64,000 nt of DNA, from positions 58,156,001-58,220,000 of the forward strand of contig NC_043001.1 in the NCBI RefSeq assembly GCF_006345805.1. Direction: 5' to 3'. Below the pieces are notes generated by a model that saw only the letters and a list, made by a program, of their open reading frames with translations, was not told the DNA's origin and searched no databases. This document shows, one piece after another, positions 12,230 to 27,539 of this stretch (within the stretch, counting starts at the first letter, position 1; every line of letters starts with the position of its first letter). A program made the position numbers and the translations under genes. This stretch comes from Octopus sinensis. Its lineage: Eukaryota.

Positions 12230-13218
12230 GTACATGTATGTATTTGTATGTAGGTGTACATGTATGTGTGTGTATTTATATTTATTGGTGTATATGTATA
12301 GACTAGCCTTCTAAGAGTGTAGACATGAATCTGTAGGTACGCGTATATATATATATATATATATTAATATATATATATATATATAGATATGTATGTATAT
12401 ATATATATATATATGTACATGTATGTATTTGTATGTAGGTGTACATGTATGTGTGTTGTATTTATATTTATTGGTGTATATGTATAGACTAGCCTTCTAA
12501 GAGTGTAGACATGAATCTGTAGGTACGCGTACGTATGTGTATATACGTGAATGTATGTAGATGTATGTATGAATATAACGCGTGCGTGCGTGTATGCGTA
12601 TGAGTGTACGAATGAGTGAGTGTACGTGCTAAAGAGTGTGCGTGAGTGAATGAGTAATTGTTTTCCAGTAGACGGATAATGGTCTGGCTGTCATAGCCAA
12701 GATGTTTTGTGACCAAGCGGCCAAAGATAACAAAAGTAATAAACGAAGATAATAAAATTAAAATTAGGGAATGGGTCTGTATTTGTATATGTATATATAT
12801 ATGTGTGTATGTGTAGGTATGCATGGGTACACATATGTATATATATGTGTATATATATATATATATATGTGTATGTATTATATGTGTATATGTTGTGGTT
12901 GTATGTATATATATATGTGTATGTATGTGTATGTGTGGGTGTATATATATGTGTGTATGTGTATATATGTGTATATAGGGACTAGTGTGCTGTGTGTGCA
13001 TGTGTGTGTATGGATTTGTGTGTGTATGCGTGTATGTGAGTATGTGTGTGTATGTGTATATATACATGTGTGTATACGTGTATGCAAGTGAGTGTGTGTA
13101 TGTATACATATATATGTGTATGTGTAGATATGTATATGTATGTGTGAGTGTATATATGTGTGTATGTGTAGAGGTATAAGTGAGAATCTCCTTATTTACC
13201 TAAAACTCTATTCCCCCC

Positions 13219-13254
<36 letters not shown>

Positions 13255-13340
13255 TTTTAATTTTTTTTTTTTATTTTTTATATTTTTTTTATATTATTAT
13301 TTTTTTTTTTATTTTTATTTTTTTTTTTTATTTTTATTTT
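11140..13340. repeat. long compound (TA)/(TG)/(TATG) microsatellite tract ending in a T-rich run
   Basis: Directly visible. All ORF-track entries here are low-complexity artefacts. Confidence 0.95.
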
Positions 13341-13513
13341 TATTTTTTTTTTTTTTAAATTTTTTATTTATTCTCCTATCTAATTTACACTGACCCCTTG
13401 ACCACTCCCCCAAGTATGATTTTTTGCGCTATGCCTACCCCCAAAAAAGTCCCCCACCAACACCCTTTAAAACCTGCCTAAATGTATAAATGCCAATACA
13501 ATTCTTGTTAACT

Positions 13514-13564
13514 AGCTTCCTGAAGATTTCTCTTGAATGAAACAGTTCTAGTCCTGTAGAAGCT
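13514..13564 (+). ncRNA. type I hammerhead ribozyme (probably from a PLE pLTR)
   Basis: AGCTTC-CTGAAGA-TTTCTCTTGAAT-GAAA-CAG-TTCTAGTC-CTGT-A-GAAGCT. Stem I is 6 bp perfect and stem III is ACAG/CTGT. The core CUGANGA/GAAA and a GUA cleavage triplet are intact. Stem II is 3 bp plus a U-U mismatch. Confidence 0.7.
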
Positions 13565-13670
13565 CCTTCTATATAATAATATATTATATATATATATATA
13601 TATATATAAGTGTGTGTGTGTGTGTGCATATATATATATATATGTATTTATATATATACATATATATATA

Positions 13671-13703
<33 letters not shown>

Positions 13704-15544
13704 TGTGTCTGTGTGTGTGTATGTATGTATGTACTAGGAGGAGGGATATAATGTCCAGACAGATATCGAGTGTCTTTATGTAAAATGCAAAGGCTGGCTC
13801 CTTCATATGTCGCGTTTTATGTTAAATTTCCTTTAAATCCCATCCGATGTTACAGTTTTTTATGGCTACTTAGAGGAAATTTAAAAATTTGAACATTCAA
13901 ACTTTATGTTTATTTACAGTTACTTTATCATTATAGAAACTCTAAGTAAACATAAATTTTGAATGTCCAGATTCTCATATGTCTGTTTATTCAATTAACA
14001 CTATATAGATTTAACTAATGAATCAGGTTCCAAACAACGTGGTACAATAGGTAATAACTTCAAAATAGCAAGTTTTCTCTGCTATCCTTAAAATGAATTA
14101 GTTCGAGAATATAGAAAAGCAGTTAGTGATGCAAAAAGTATGTTTTAGTTATGTGAAGGACCAGACAAATCATTGGTTCTCCAGACAAATCAATTAGATC
14201 ACAAGTAAGTAGGGTATACGCATTGATAGGAATGCTTCTGCTAATAATACTTACATAAGATGTAACTTAACACTAATGCACAACAAGGCATAAAGTGTTC
14301 CTTGTATGGTTCTGGAGAAATAAATTTACAACAACCTATATTGGCGAAAGTATAGGCAGAGCTGCTGAGGCATCGCAAGACGTTTTGAAGTGCAATAACA
14401 TAGAAAAATTACATCAGTTACATATGACTATAATAATAATATAATCGACATTTTCCATTGCAAAGCGGGTTTGAAGTACGCCACTTTTTGTTTATTTTGG
14501 TATTTCCTAACAGACTGCTGCTCTCGGATTGCGAATGACTGACCTTCGAAGTGTGATAGGCTATAATGGTCTCTCCAATCCTGGGTTTTGCTTCACAGTA
14601 ATGAGTTGCCCTCAAGTATTTAGCCAAAAGATTCACCTAATGTTTTGTTGTTTCATACATTTATTTATCTATTGCATATGTTGTAAGTGGTAAGGTCTGA
14701 ATATTTCATTCCCTTTATATTATATTACGGTGATTAAATGTCGAATATCGATGAGCGGAATGTCGTAGTTTCCGTCTAGTAGTGTTTTATGTCTAGTTTG
14801 CCTCCCCCTTGTACTTTTATTAGCACGAGCACTGCAGGTTTCTCCCCTGTATTTTGCATGTGTATAGAGGCTGTGTAAAGGGAATATACAATGGAAGTAT
14901 GTTCGTATATTTAGCAAACATTTATATACATTTGGTACGCTTGTTGGTATTCCTAATGTGGAAGTGGCTCATGCTTTAATGATCGTTTACCGCCAAACCA
15001 ACACTGTTGTCCAAACCTCAACGTAGCTTTGAATAACCTGTACATGTTTCAATAATATATTATTGATTTTTACTCTTTCTTATGAAAGTATAATTTTGTG
15101 GCGATTATAGCTACTATTTCTCGCAAGTCCAAAAACATACTTAGGCGGACTCTATTTCGCTCGATATTCCTTTGTAAGTTGTTTATAATTGCTGTTATTG
15201 TGTTTGTAGAGATTTGCCAACCGTTTCTTTTATTGTTGTATTCTGCTATTATTGTTGTTATTTCTGTTTACTAACGTGTCAGTCTGTCTGTCCGTCTCAT
15301 CGAAATTAAATTTTAAATCATTAAATCAAACTTGTCAATAAATTAACAACAAAAATAAAACAACGGCAATCACTATAAAAGGCGAAATGAATTTGAAAAA
15401 AAAAACACAACAAAATTTGGAAAGAAAAACGACAGCTACAACATTATTGAAAAGGAATAAACTTAAGATGGAAAAAAAAATAAGTTCCTTCTCTTCATCC
15501 ATAAAATCAACCACGGACAGACAATAAATCATTATTATTTTTTC

Positions 15545-15820
15545 CTCCTGCTACTACTACCACTACTGCTGCTGCTGATGCTACTACTACTAATGCTACT
15601 ACTATACTACTACTACTACTACCACCACTACTTCTGCTGCTGATGATAGTATTGCTGGTTTATCTGCTGGTGTACCTGCTACTGCTGGTGCTGTTACAAC
15701 CATCAACACCATCACCAACACCACCATCCCCACCACCGCTACGATACCACCACCACCACAACCACACTACTACTACAAATACTGCCGTTGCAACTACTAC
15801 TACTGATGATGATGATGATG

Positions 15821-15870
<50 letters not shown>

Positions 15871-15872
15871 GT
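15545..15872. repeat. compound (CTA)/(CTG)/(CAC)/(GAT) trinucleotide microsatellite
   Basis: Directly visible. Confidence 0.9.
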
Positions 15873-16404
15873 TATTAAAAATATTCGAACTTCCAAATAT
15901 TTTGCTATTTCACTTAATTTCCTTTGCGTTATTTTTTCGTTTCAATATTTTTGTTTTATTTTGTTTATGGAGGAGCTATGCTGTCTGAAATTCAATTTAT
16001 TAATTGGATATTTAGTGGCCTCACATTTTCTACAGACAAATGGCTTTGAAAAGACACTCTGTATAGATTTCTGAACTACTGTTTTTCTATACTCGCGCAA
16101 ACAGGCTGATATTGGTTTGTAAAGAAAATTAAATTACTAAATTATAAACGAGACACCACAAAAATTTCCAGCTTGCTGGTGAAATCGTCTGAAATCTCAG
16201 GATGTACTTTAAAAAACTAAATTCTACCGTTTATGATACATGACTTTTGATGATAGGAAACATTAATTATACCCATAAATATGATCGGGGTAACAAGGTT
16301 GAGAGGCTTTCAATCCATGCAAAAATAATGGATGAGCGAAGGACAGTGATTTCATAATATTTCCTTGAGTTAATCTCTATTTACCTACATTCTGGCTGCC
16401 GTAT

Positions 16405-17130
<726 letters not shown>

Positions 17131-17544
17131 ATTTATTAATAGAAAGGCCTATTCGAATTCTCAAAGCACGTTTATTGCTAAGTAATATAAATGTTTTTCC
17201 CTTTGCATTCTAGCATGCGATATAACTCAGGCTATGAAATAATGGAAACAAAAATAGTTATAATTTCAAATAAAAGACGATATTCAACAGACAGAAGAAA
17301 AATAAACTTAATTATTATGACTTTCGTAGACATTTATATTCATAACAACTGCTTGTTTATTGCTGATATTACTTTTACGATTACGATCAACAGCTAAAGA
17401 CGCCAACAATATGATTTGTTTGCGATGCACACACTTTCAGTATGTACACATCTATTTATCTGTACACACATGTACGCGCGTGCACACACTCCCACACCCA
17501 CACATACACACACTCACACGCACATGCACACATATATTTGTGGT

Positions 17545-17835
17545 CCGTCTCTTGTCGGTTATGACGAAGAATGTTTAGTTGACCGAATGAACGGAAAAGG
17601 CTACCCGTGAAATTGACTTACAAGTGGCTGAGAACTTCACAAATAAGCTTACTCTAAACATAGTTCTAAGTAAGAGTCAGCGTGACCCCACCACCCAGTG
17701 TGGGAAGGCAGTCTCTTTGAGATTACAAGTACAACTCATTTTTGCTAGCGCAGTAGACTGGAACGATATGAAATAAAGTGACTTGCTCAAGGACACACAT
17801 GCCGTTCGGGAATCATGAGTCAAATACACTAGCCA
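17545..17835 (-). mobile_element. SINE remnant
   Basis: Minus strand contains GTGTGTCCTTGAGCAAGTCACTTTATTTCA, the same central domain as the SINE at 5460-5702. Confidence 0.6.
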
Positions 17836-18879
17836 TTATCCTACACGCTTTTTCTATACGTATGCTTCTTTCTATATATGTATGGGTGTGTGTGCATATA
17901 TATAAATGTAAATATATATGCACCACACGCACACAAACACCACATAGTCACAAAATTACACACTCATAAACACATATATATGTAGCTACGTATTTATGCT
18001 TATGTAATTATCCGTAATGACACATAATAAATTTGGACTTAACTCATACTACTTAAGCATATTTCTTTTATATCATCTTAGCGCTGCGGTTATAGCACGT
18101 TACAAAATATATAAAGAAAACAGTAACGCATTTAACTAACTCAGTTTCTGTCGAATTCAATGTTATATATTTTATATACAAATGCATACGCTACAACGAG
18201 TCGTTGATAATTAAAGAAATATTTGAAATAACCGTTATTCTATGTTATTAATTTAACATGTAGAGACTGTAGGCGGATCGATATTCTAATATAATTTCTT
18301 AATAACAGGATAGATGGCGAAACTGACAGACACAATGTAATCAATGGTTAAGACAAAATAAATGTGCAGGAGTCAATATTTTTGCATTGAATTCTCAAAT
18401 CCACATACAAATACACACACACACACACACACATCACCAATACTACAGAGACAAGTTCAACATGATTCAGACGCATATACAAACATCAACCCACACACAA
18501 GCACCCTCATACACAAGTACCAACATACACAAACGCACAAAAACACTTTAATAGCCAGGACACCGACCAACACGAACATAATGAAGAAAGAAAGCATAAA
18601 ATACAGGACGAAAGCCTCAATTAACAAAGGAGTAATGAATCACACGCGTCAGTATAAAAATACAAGTAAATCGGTAGTACACATATTACACCGGTGCACA
18701 TAAATGTTATCTAAGCAACACATGCACACTTTATAAATTGCCGATTAAATGAAAAAAATTGATGTTATGTTTTAAAACAGTGTATACAATGACTTACGTT
18801 GAAAAAAAAACACCATTTGGCCCAAGTATGTGCTGAAGGCCGATTTTAAGACTTGTTCCTGATGTTAGCTAAGTGGCTA

Positions 18880-20620
18880 ATAGCAGTGGTTTGTACTTGT
18901 ATTTGTCATGCACAAGTTCTCAAAGCCGTTAAAAATACGAATTCATCCTTAGTTTCTTAGTGAGGATAAGTAAAAAACCAGTCATATTTTACCACCAATA
19001 TTTGATGGATTTGAGGAGGCCCCTCGCGAAGCAGTGTTTGTTTTAGAAAGTGCGAATGACCCTCTGGTCTTAGTTTCGGACATGAGAGGCTCTGCTATGA
19101 TAGATTACGTGGCTGTGACAGAAACCACAATTAACGAGGTAGAAACAATGCCTCTGCAATATAGCGACCACTATCTTGGAGTTTTGCTATAAGCCAATGT
19201 AGAATCCGTTAAAGTTAGCAAAGTTTTAGTTCTAGAAAGAAATAGAATAGAAGGTAATAAGTGAAAAATTTAGAAGAGGTTCTTAGAAAAGGCATTACAA
19301 CTGACGTGCTGGCCACATGGTTGGCCCTCGATCAACATTTCAATGCCAAGCACGAATGTTACGTTGTCAGTGCTAAGGCACCGGCTCTGGGACAAGGGAG
19401 AACAAAAGCTGCCCGATTGGCCTGAATGGCCGAGGCGCAAAATGGCAAAAAAAATACAATTCCGTCTTTGGGGAAAAATTGGAGCATGCTGAACGAGCCG
19501 GAATAGAGGTGTACGGCTTTTCAGCTGCATTTTGCCTAATTATTCGAGACGAACACTAAGCCAGATCGCAAGATGGATTTCACTGTCTAGTTTGATGGCT
19601 TGCACGACTCTCAGCAGGAGATATGGAGTGTTGCGAAAGGCCGATAACAACTGAAGGAATACAGGGCGATATAATGGGTTAAATGTGGTCAAATCGTCGG
19701 GATTAGATGGTCTACACTTGAAACTTTACTCCTGTATGTGAGACTTATTTGCAGGCCTCTTGCTAACAGAATGAAAGAATTACCAGATCTGTGAGCCTAG
19801 GAGCAGTGCTAATGATTAGAAAGGATCCAAACAAGGGGTAGGTATTAGATAATTTTAGGGTCATCCCGCTGCTTAACACAAACTTAAAATTTTGGCGAAG
19901 GTGTTAGTGAAGAGATTGATGCAAGTCGTTGAGAGGCTGGTTGGAAAGGCACATTCATGCGCCGTCCCAAACAGGTTCATTCGCGACAAAGTCCTCTTCA
20001 TGTGCTACATCATGGATAGGGTAATTAACCATCACTGTCATAGTGTCGGACGACAAGCTCAACACCTGGTCAGCATTACTGTGAAAGAATACGAAGTACC
20101 AGGAGCAAACATTAATTTGGAAAATGCGGTGGACCTGCAACTCGGCACCTAGAGAGGCAGATCCATGCCGATCTACAGCATTGTAGGACGTTGGTCGGTC
20201 GGGTCCATGAAATTGCTCGGCGTCTGGTTCGGACCGGACGTCCTGTTAGAGAAGAATTGAAGCGTGGTGACGAGCGGGGTAGCCAGTCTCACCCAGAAAT
20301 GGGCCGAGGGGCAGCTATCCTGGAAAGTTCGGGCAGAGGTGGAAAACACATATGACGCTCGGTCATTTACTACTGCCTCACCGCCGTGCCTTGTCCTAGT
20401 CTATCCCTGGTAAGGCTGGAGTGTTTGCTTTTCTGTCTCTTATGAAAGGGACGGACTCTGCTGGTCAGGCGCACCATTTGCTATCAATACACAATGAACC
20501 GTGGGTTGGGTATACCGTGGCTATTGATACTCAGCCATGCGTTGATGTTGCGTCGCATCCGGCGTTTCCTCGACAACGGTGAGCAGGTGTGGTTGTCGTT
20601 TATCTGACTCGTTTTCCCGC
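18880..20620 (+). mobile_element. L1/Tx1-clade LINE remnant, internally deleted and decayed
   Basis: RT motifs GLDGL…LY, LDNFRVIPLLNTNLKILAKVLVKRL…VPNR, and post-RT LECLLF..L*KGRTLLVRR…GLGIPWL. Many stops and frameshifts. Confidence 0.75.
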
Positions 20621-20624
20621 AAAA

Positions 20625-23030
<2,406 letters not shown>

Positions 23031-23033
<3 letters not shown>

Positions 23034-26000
23034 GGTCAACAAATGAAACAATAGACCGCATTGGTCGTTGTGCAGATTACAAAAGACCACGTACCCGAAA
23101 ATTGAACCAAATTCTGATTGAAAAATCAGCTACTGGGTCAAATCTTTCCAACACACAGGAGCTGGACGTACCCCACAACCGGAATATTCCAACAGATGGC
23201 CATCCATGCTCATCACCAAATAATCAAAAGAAAAAGGAGAAATGGTCTAGGGAAGATAATAAAGAAGTTCTTGAGGCCTTCTACCATGCCATATATTTCC
23301 CCACAGATAAATCTAGCACTGTACAAGCATACTTAAACTGGAGACAGAAACACCCTGAAGTAAGACCCTACATAGACAGTAACAAACTTGCCAACGTCAG
23401 AAGAAACATTATAAAAAAAAATTACTGACTGAAGTAGAGATTGATCAAGTTAGACAAGTAATATCGGATAAAATGGACGAAGCTGCAGCTAGAGAAGATA
23501 ATACAGAGGAAATAATTATAGACCAGCCCAGGGCTGATAAAAACGAAGTGAGGATTGAAAGAGTTAGTATAAGTGATAGGCAAAGTGAAATACGCCCTGA
23601 ACCAATCATAAACACTAAGACAGATGAGCATCAAATAGATAAAGAAAGTCACACAAATATTGACACAACAGAACTACATGAGCTAAAAAATCAAATCATA
23701 ATTGAATGGCTGAAAATTAAAGAAACCAGCATGGATGAACGTGATACACTTCCTAAAATCCGCAACTCTAACCAAAACATGAAAATAATTGGGAAAATCC
23801 GGCTTGCACTTAAGGATATAATTTCAGCTAATGATGTTGATATCACAAACCTCAACCATCTATGCTATGCATCCGCGAAAATCTCAACGATCCTATGTGG
23901 TGTAAAGATTAGAAAACGGCAACATTCCAACAAAAAGCCTTCTTGGCAAGAGCGTCTGCAACAACAAATTAAAATATTTAGATCTGATATTGAATATTTG
24001 AAAAACCTTAAGGCTCAAAAGACTACCAAACCTACAAAAACCCAAAAATTACTGAAAACATACAATATGAAAACTATACTTGATATTGATGCCACCATAG
24101 AAACCATCAAACAAAAGGTATCTGCCAAAGCTGCCCGCATAGCGAGGTATGAAAAGCGTGTTAGATTTTTCAAGGACAACAACATGTTCAAAAATAACAC
24201 CAAGAATTTTTACAGGAAGATAGGAAAAACAGCGTTTACTGCAAGGTCTGTACCATCAAAAGGAGAAGTGCAGGGATTTTGGAATAAAATCTGGGCAGAA
24301 GAAAAAACACACAACGAAAAGGCCCCCTGGATTGACAGAATATCTACAGAACTGGACCCCTTAGAAGAGCAAAAGTGGGAGGGTGTCAAGGTAGAAGATA
24401 TAAGATCTGGTCTCAGGAGGTCAAGCAAATGGAAGTCTCCAGGAAAGGATAAAATTCCTAACTTCTGGCTGAATGCCTTCCCAGAGAGCCATGAACTGCT
24501 AACAGAACTGTACAATAATGTTTTGCAACACCCTAGTAGGATGCCTCCTTGGCTAGTTAATGGGTTAACATTCCTGCTTCCAAAAAGTGAAGAAACAAAT
24601 GAACCAAAAAACTATAGACCCATAACCTGCTTAACAACTATGTACAAAACACTAACATCTGTCCTGACGGAATATATCTATAGTTTTTTAACAGACAGCA
24701 GCATATTCCATAATGAACAGAAAGGATGTAAACGTGGATCCTACGGCTGTAAAGATCAACTACTCATCAATAAAATGATCTTAGAAGATTGTCACAAACG
24801 ACACAAAAACTTATCAATAGCCTGGATAGACTATAAAAAGGCTTTTGATAGCCTACCACATAGCTGGATTAGGAAATGCCTGGAAATGTATAAGATAGCA
24901 CCTACTCTGCGAAACTTCTTGACTGTAAGTATGAGATCATGGAGAACCACACTAACTCTGAACAGTGACAATGAATCCTTAAATGCTGGTGATGTAAAAA
25001 TTTCGTGTGGCATTTTCCAGGGTGACTCACTGTCACCACTCCTCTTTTGTTTATCCTTAATACCTCTCTCAAAGCTGTTCAATGACGCGCATTACGGGTA
25101 TAAAATGTTTGATAAAAATATAAATCATCTCATTTACATGGATGATTTAAAGCTTTTTGCAAAAAATGACCAACAACTCAAGGGTTTAGTAGCGATAGTC
25201 AAACAATTCAGTGACGACATCAGAATGCAATTCGGCCTCGATAAATGTGCAAAAGCTACCTTTATCAAAGGAAAAATGACAGAAACATCTAACGTTAACC
25301 TTGACCAGCAGAATGTCATAAAAGAACTAGACCCAGCGGAGAGCTACAAGTACCTAGGGGTAATTGAAGGGAACGGAATAAGGCATTCAGAGAGAAGGAA
25401 AGGATCAGGAGAGAATGCTATCGAAGAGTGAGCGCAATACTCAAGACAGAGCTGAATGCAAGAAACAGGATCGAAGCGATCAATGCATTAGCCATACCAG
25501 TCGTGACTTACAGTTTCAATATGGTTAACTGGTCAATTACTGAAATATGTCAGCTTGACAGAAAAATAAGGAAACTGTTGACAATGCATAGAATGCACCA
25601 CCCTAAGGCAGATACAGAACGACTCTATCTGCCAAGAAAAGGGGGAGGCCGTGGTCTTTTGCAACTGGCAATAACAATGAAGATTGCTACAATTGGCCTA
25701 GACACCTACCTGAAAAACTCTGAGGACTGGATTTTAAAACTTGTCTCAAAACATGAAAACAAGAAAGCATCATACTGTCACAAAACAGGCAAAGGAATAT
25801 CTAAGTGAATTCCGAATACAACCAATTTCGGAATTAGAGATAGACATACAAGAAACAAGCACAGAAAAAGCTAGGCGCATGAAAACCTGTGCCAAAACTG
25901 CGACCTTAGATATTCTGAATAATAAATGGCAAGAAAAACCTCTCTATGGCAAATACCCAAAGAGAGCGAATAACGCAGATGTCGACAAAGCCCTTACCCA

Positions 26001-26929
26001 TCAATGGCTAATGGCCTCTGGATTAAAATCTTAATCAAAGGGGTTTATCATAGCAGCTCAAGATCAATGGCTACCAACAAGAAACTACCAGGCCAACATA
26101 TTAAAGAACGGCAGTAGCCCAACATGTCGTGTATGCCGACAACAAAATGAAACCATTGATCATATTGTCTCCAAATGCAGTCTTCTAGCGCCTACAGTGT
26201 ACCTCAATAGGCTTGATAGAGCTGCACAATATATTCACTGGGTAATTTGCAAAAACCTGGATTTGCCCCATGAAAAAAACTGGTGGGAACACAATCCACC
26301 TCTAGTGCTTGAAAATGACCACATCTCACTCCTCTGGAACTTCACCATTCAAACTGACAGGAAGATAGATGCAAATAGGCCAGACATCATATTGAAAGAC
26401 TTCAGACAAAGAACTTGCCTCCTCATTGATATGACTGTCCCAATCGATATAAACGTATCTGTCAAGACCTACCAAAAACTGAGCAAATATAAAGATCTTG
26501 AAATAGAAATCAGCAAAATGTGGAAGCTGAAGACTAAAACATACCTGTTGTCATAGGTGCCCTGGGAATGATAGCGAAAGGACTGATTGCTACCTAACTC
26601 AGATACCAGGAAACCCCAAACTGGCAGAAATTCAAAAGATAGTACTCATGGGAACTGCTCATATCCTACGCAAAATACTCTCTATATAATCCCAAGGTTT
26701 AAAACAAACTTTTTTTTTATTCTTATTTTTAATCTTTTATTTTTATTTTTATTTTTTGAAGTTATTTTTTTATTTATTCATTTTTTTTATGTATTAGATA
26801 TTCACTAGTACAACACCATAAAAAAACAAAAAAAATATATGGCACAGAACTTCCAACCTGTTGTCTCTTGAGGTCTCTGGGTGAGACTTGGAGCCAACTT
26901 GTACAGACATAAAGCAAAAGTCAAACATA

Positions 26930-26930
<1 letters not shown>
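23031..26930 (+). mobile_element. near-complete R4/Dong-clade non-LTR retrotransposon (single ORF broken by frameshifts and a stop)
   Basis: N-terminal KWSREDNKEV…KLANVRRNI domain; RT motifs YRPITCL, WIDYKKAFDS, GIFQGDSLSPLLF, YMDD, YKYLG; CRVCRQQNETIDHIVSKC; RPDI…IDMTVP…KLSKYKDL RLE. ORF pieces are 23102-23428, 23473-25431, 25428-25808, 25741-26034, ~26035-26690. The 3' UTR ends in (AAT)n. Confidence 0.95.
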
Positions 26931-26968
<38 letters not shown>

Positions 26969-27058
26969 TGATGATGATGATGATGAAGATGATGATGATG
27001 ATGAAATATGATGATGGTGGTGGTGGTGGTGGTGGTGATGTGATGGTGATGGTGATGG

Positions 27059-27090
<32 letters not shown>

Positions 27091-27301
27091 ATGGTGGTGG
27101 TGGTGGTGGTGGTGGTGGTGGTGGTGGTGGTGGTGGTGATGGTGATGGTGATGATGATGATGTGATGATGATGATGGTGTGGTGGTGGTGGTAGTGATGG
27201 TGGTGGTGGTGGTGTGGTGGTGGTGGTGGTGGTGGTGGTGATGGTGATGGTGATGATGATGATGTTGATGATGATGATGATGATGATGATAATAATTAAT
27301 A

Positions 27302-27339
<38 letters not shown>

Positions 27340-27366
27340 TATAATAATAATAATAATAATAATAAC

Positions 27367-27400
<34 letters not shown>

Positions 27401-27420
27401 TAATAATAATAATAATAATA
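26931..27420. repeat. compound (AAT)/(GAT)/(GGT) microsatellite
   Basis: Directly visible. Confidence 0.95.
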
Positions 27421-27530
27421 AAAACGTTGAAAAATACCTTATGAATGGGAACCCATGTTCGAAATTTCCCCAATACACCTGATGAAAGCTGGAGGGTATA
27501 TCAGAAATAATGTAAACAGCGCATACATTT
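27421..27530 (+). mobile_element. PLE pLTR-like fragment with deleted hammerhead (CTGATGA at 27479)
   Basis: Aligns with 30555-30640 (GAAAAATACCTTA…TTCGAAAT.TCCCCAA.ACACCTGATGAAA…GGGTATATCAG). The GAAAC arm is deleted. Confidence 0.55.
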
Positions 27531-27539
27531 AAATTGATA

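Noticed and set aside
12670-12715. GGCT-GTCAT-AGCC hairpin in a hammerhead-like context
   Set aside because: Both core strands would need several substitutions; not supportable.
11111-13180. Many long ORFs (up to 240 aa) rich in Y/I/C/V/H/T
   Set aside because: These are translations of (TA)/(TG)/(CA) microsatellites with no coding signal. The same applies to the poly-I/N/K/D/T ORFs elsewhere.
13236-13340. Long interrupted poly-T run
   Set aside because: Low-complexity tract and possibly a sequencing artefact; no structure beyond composition.
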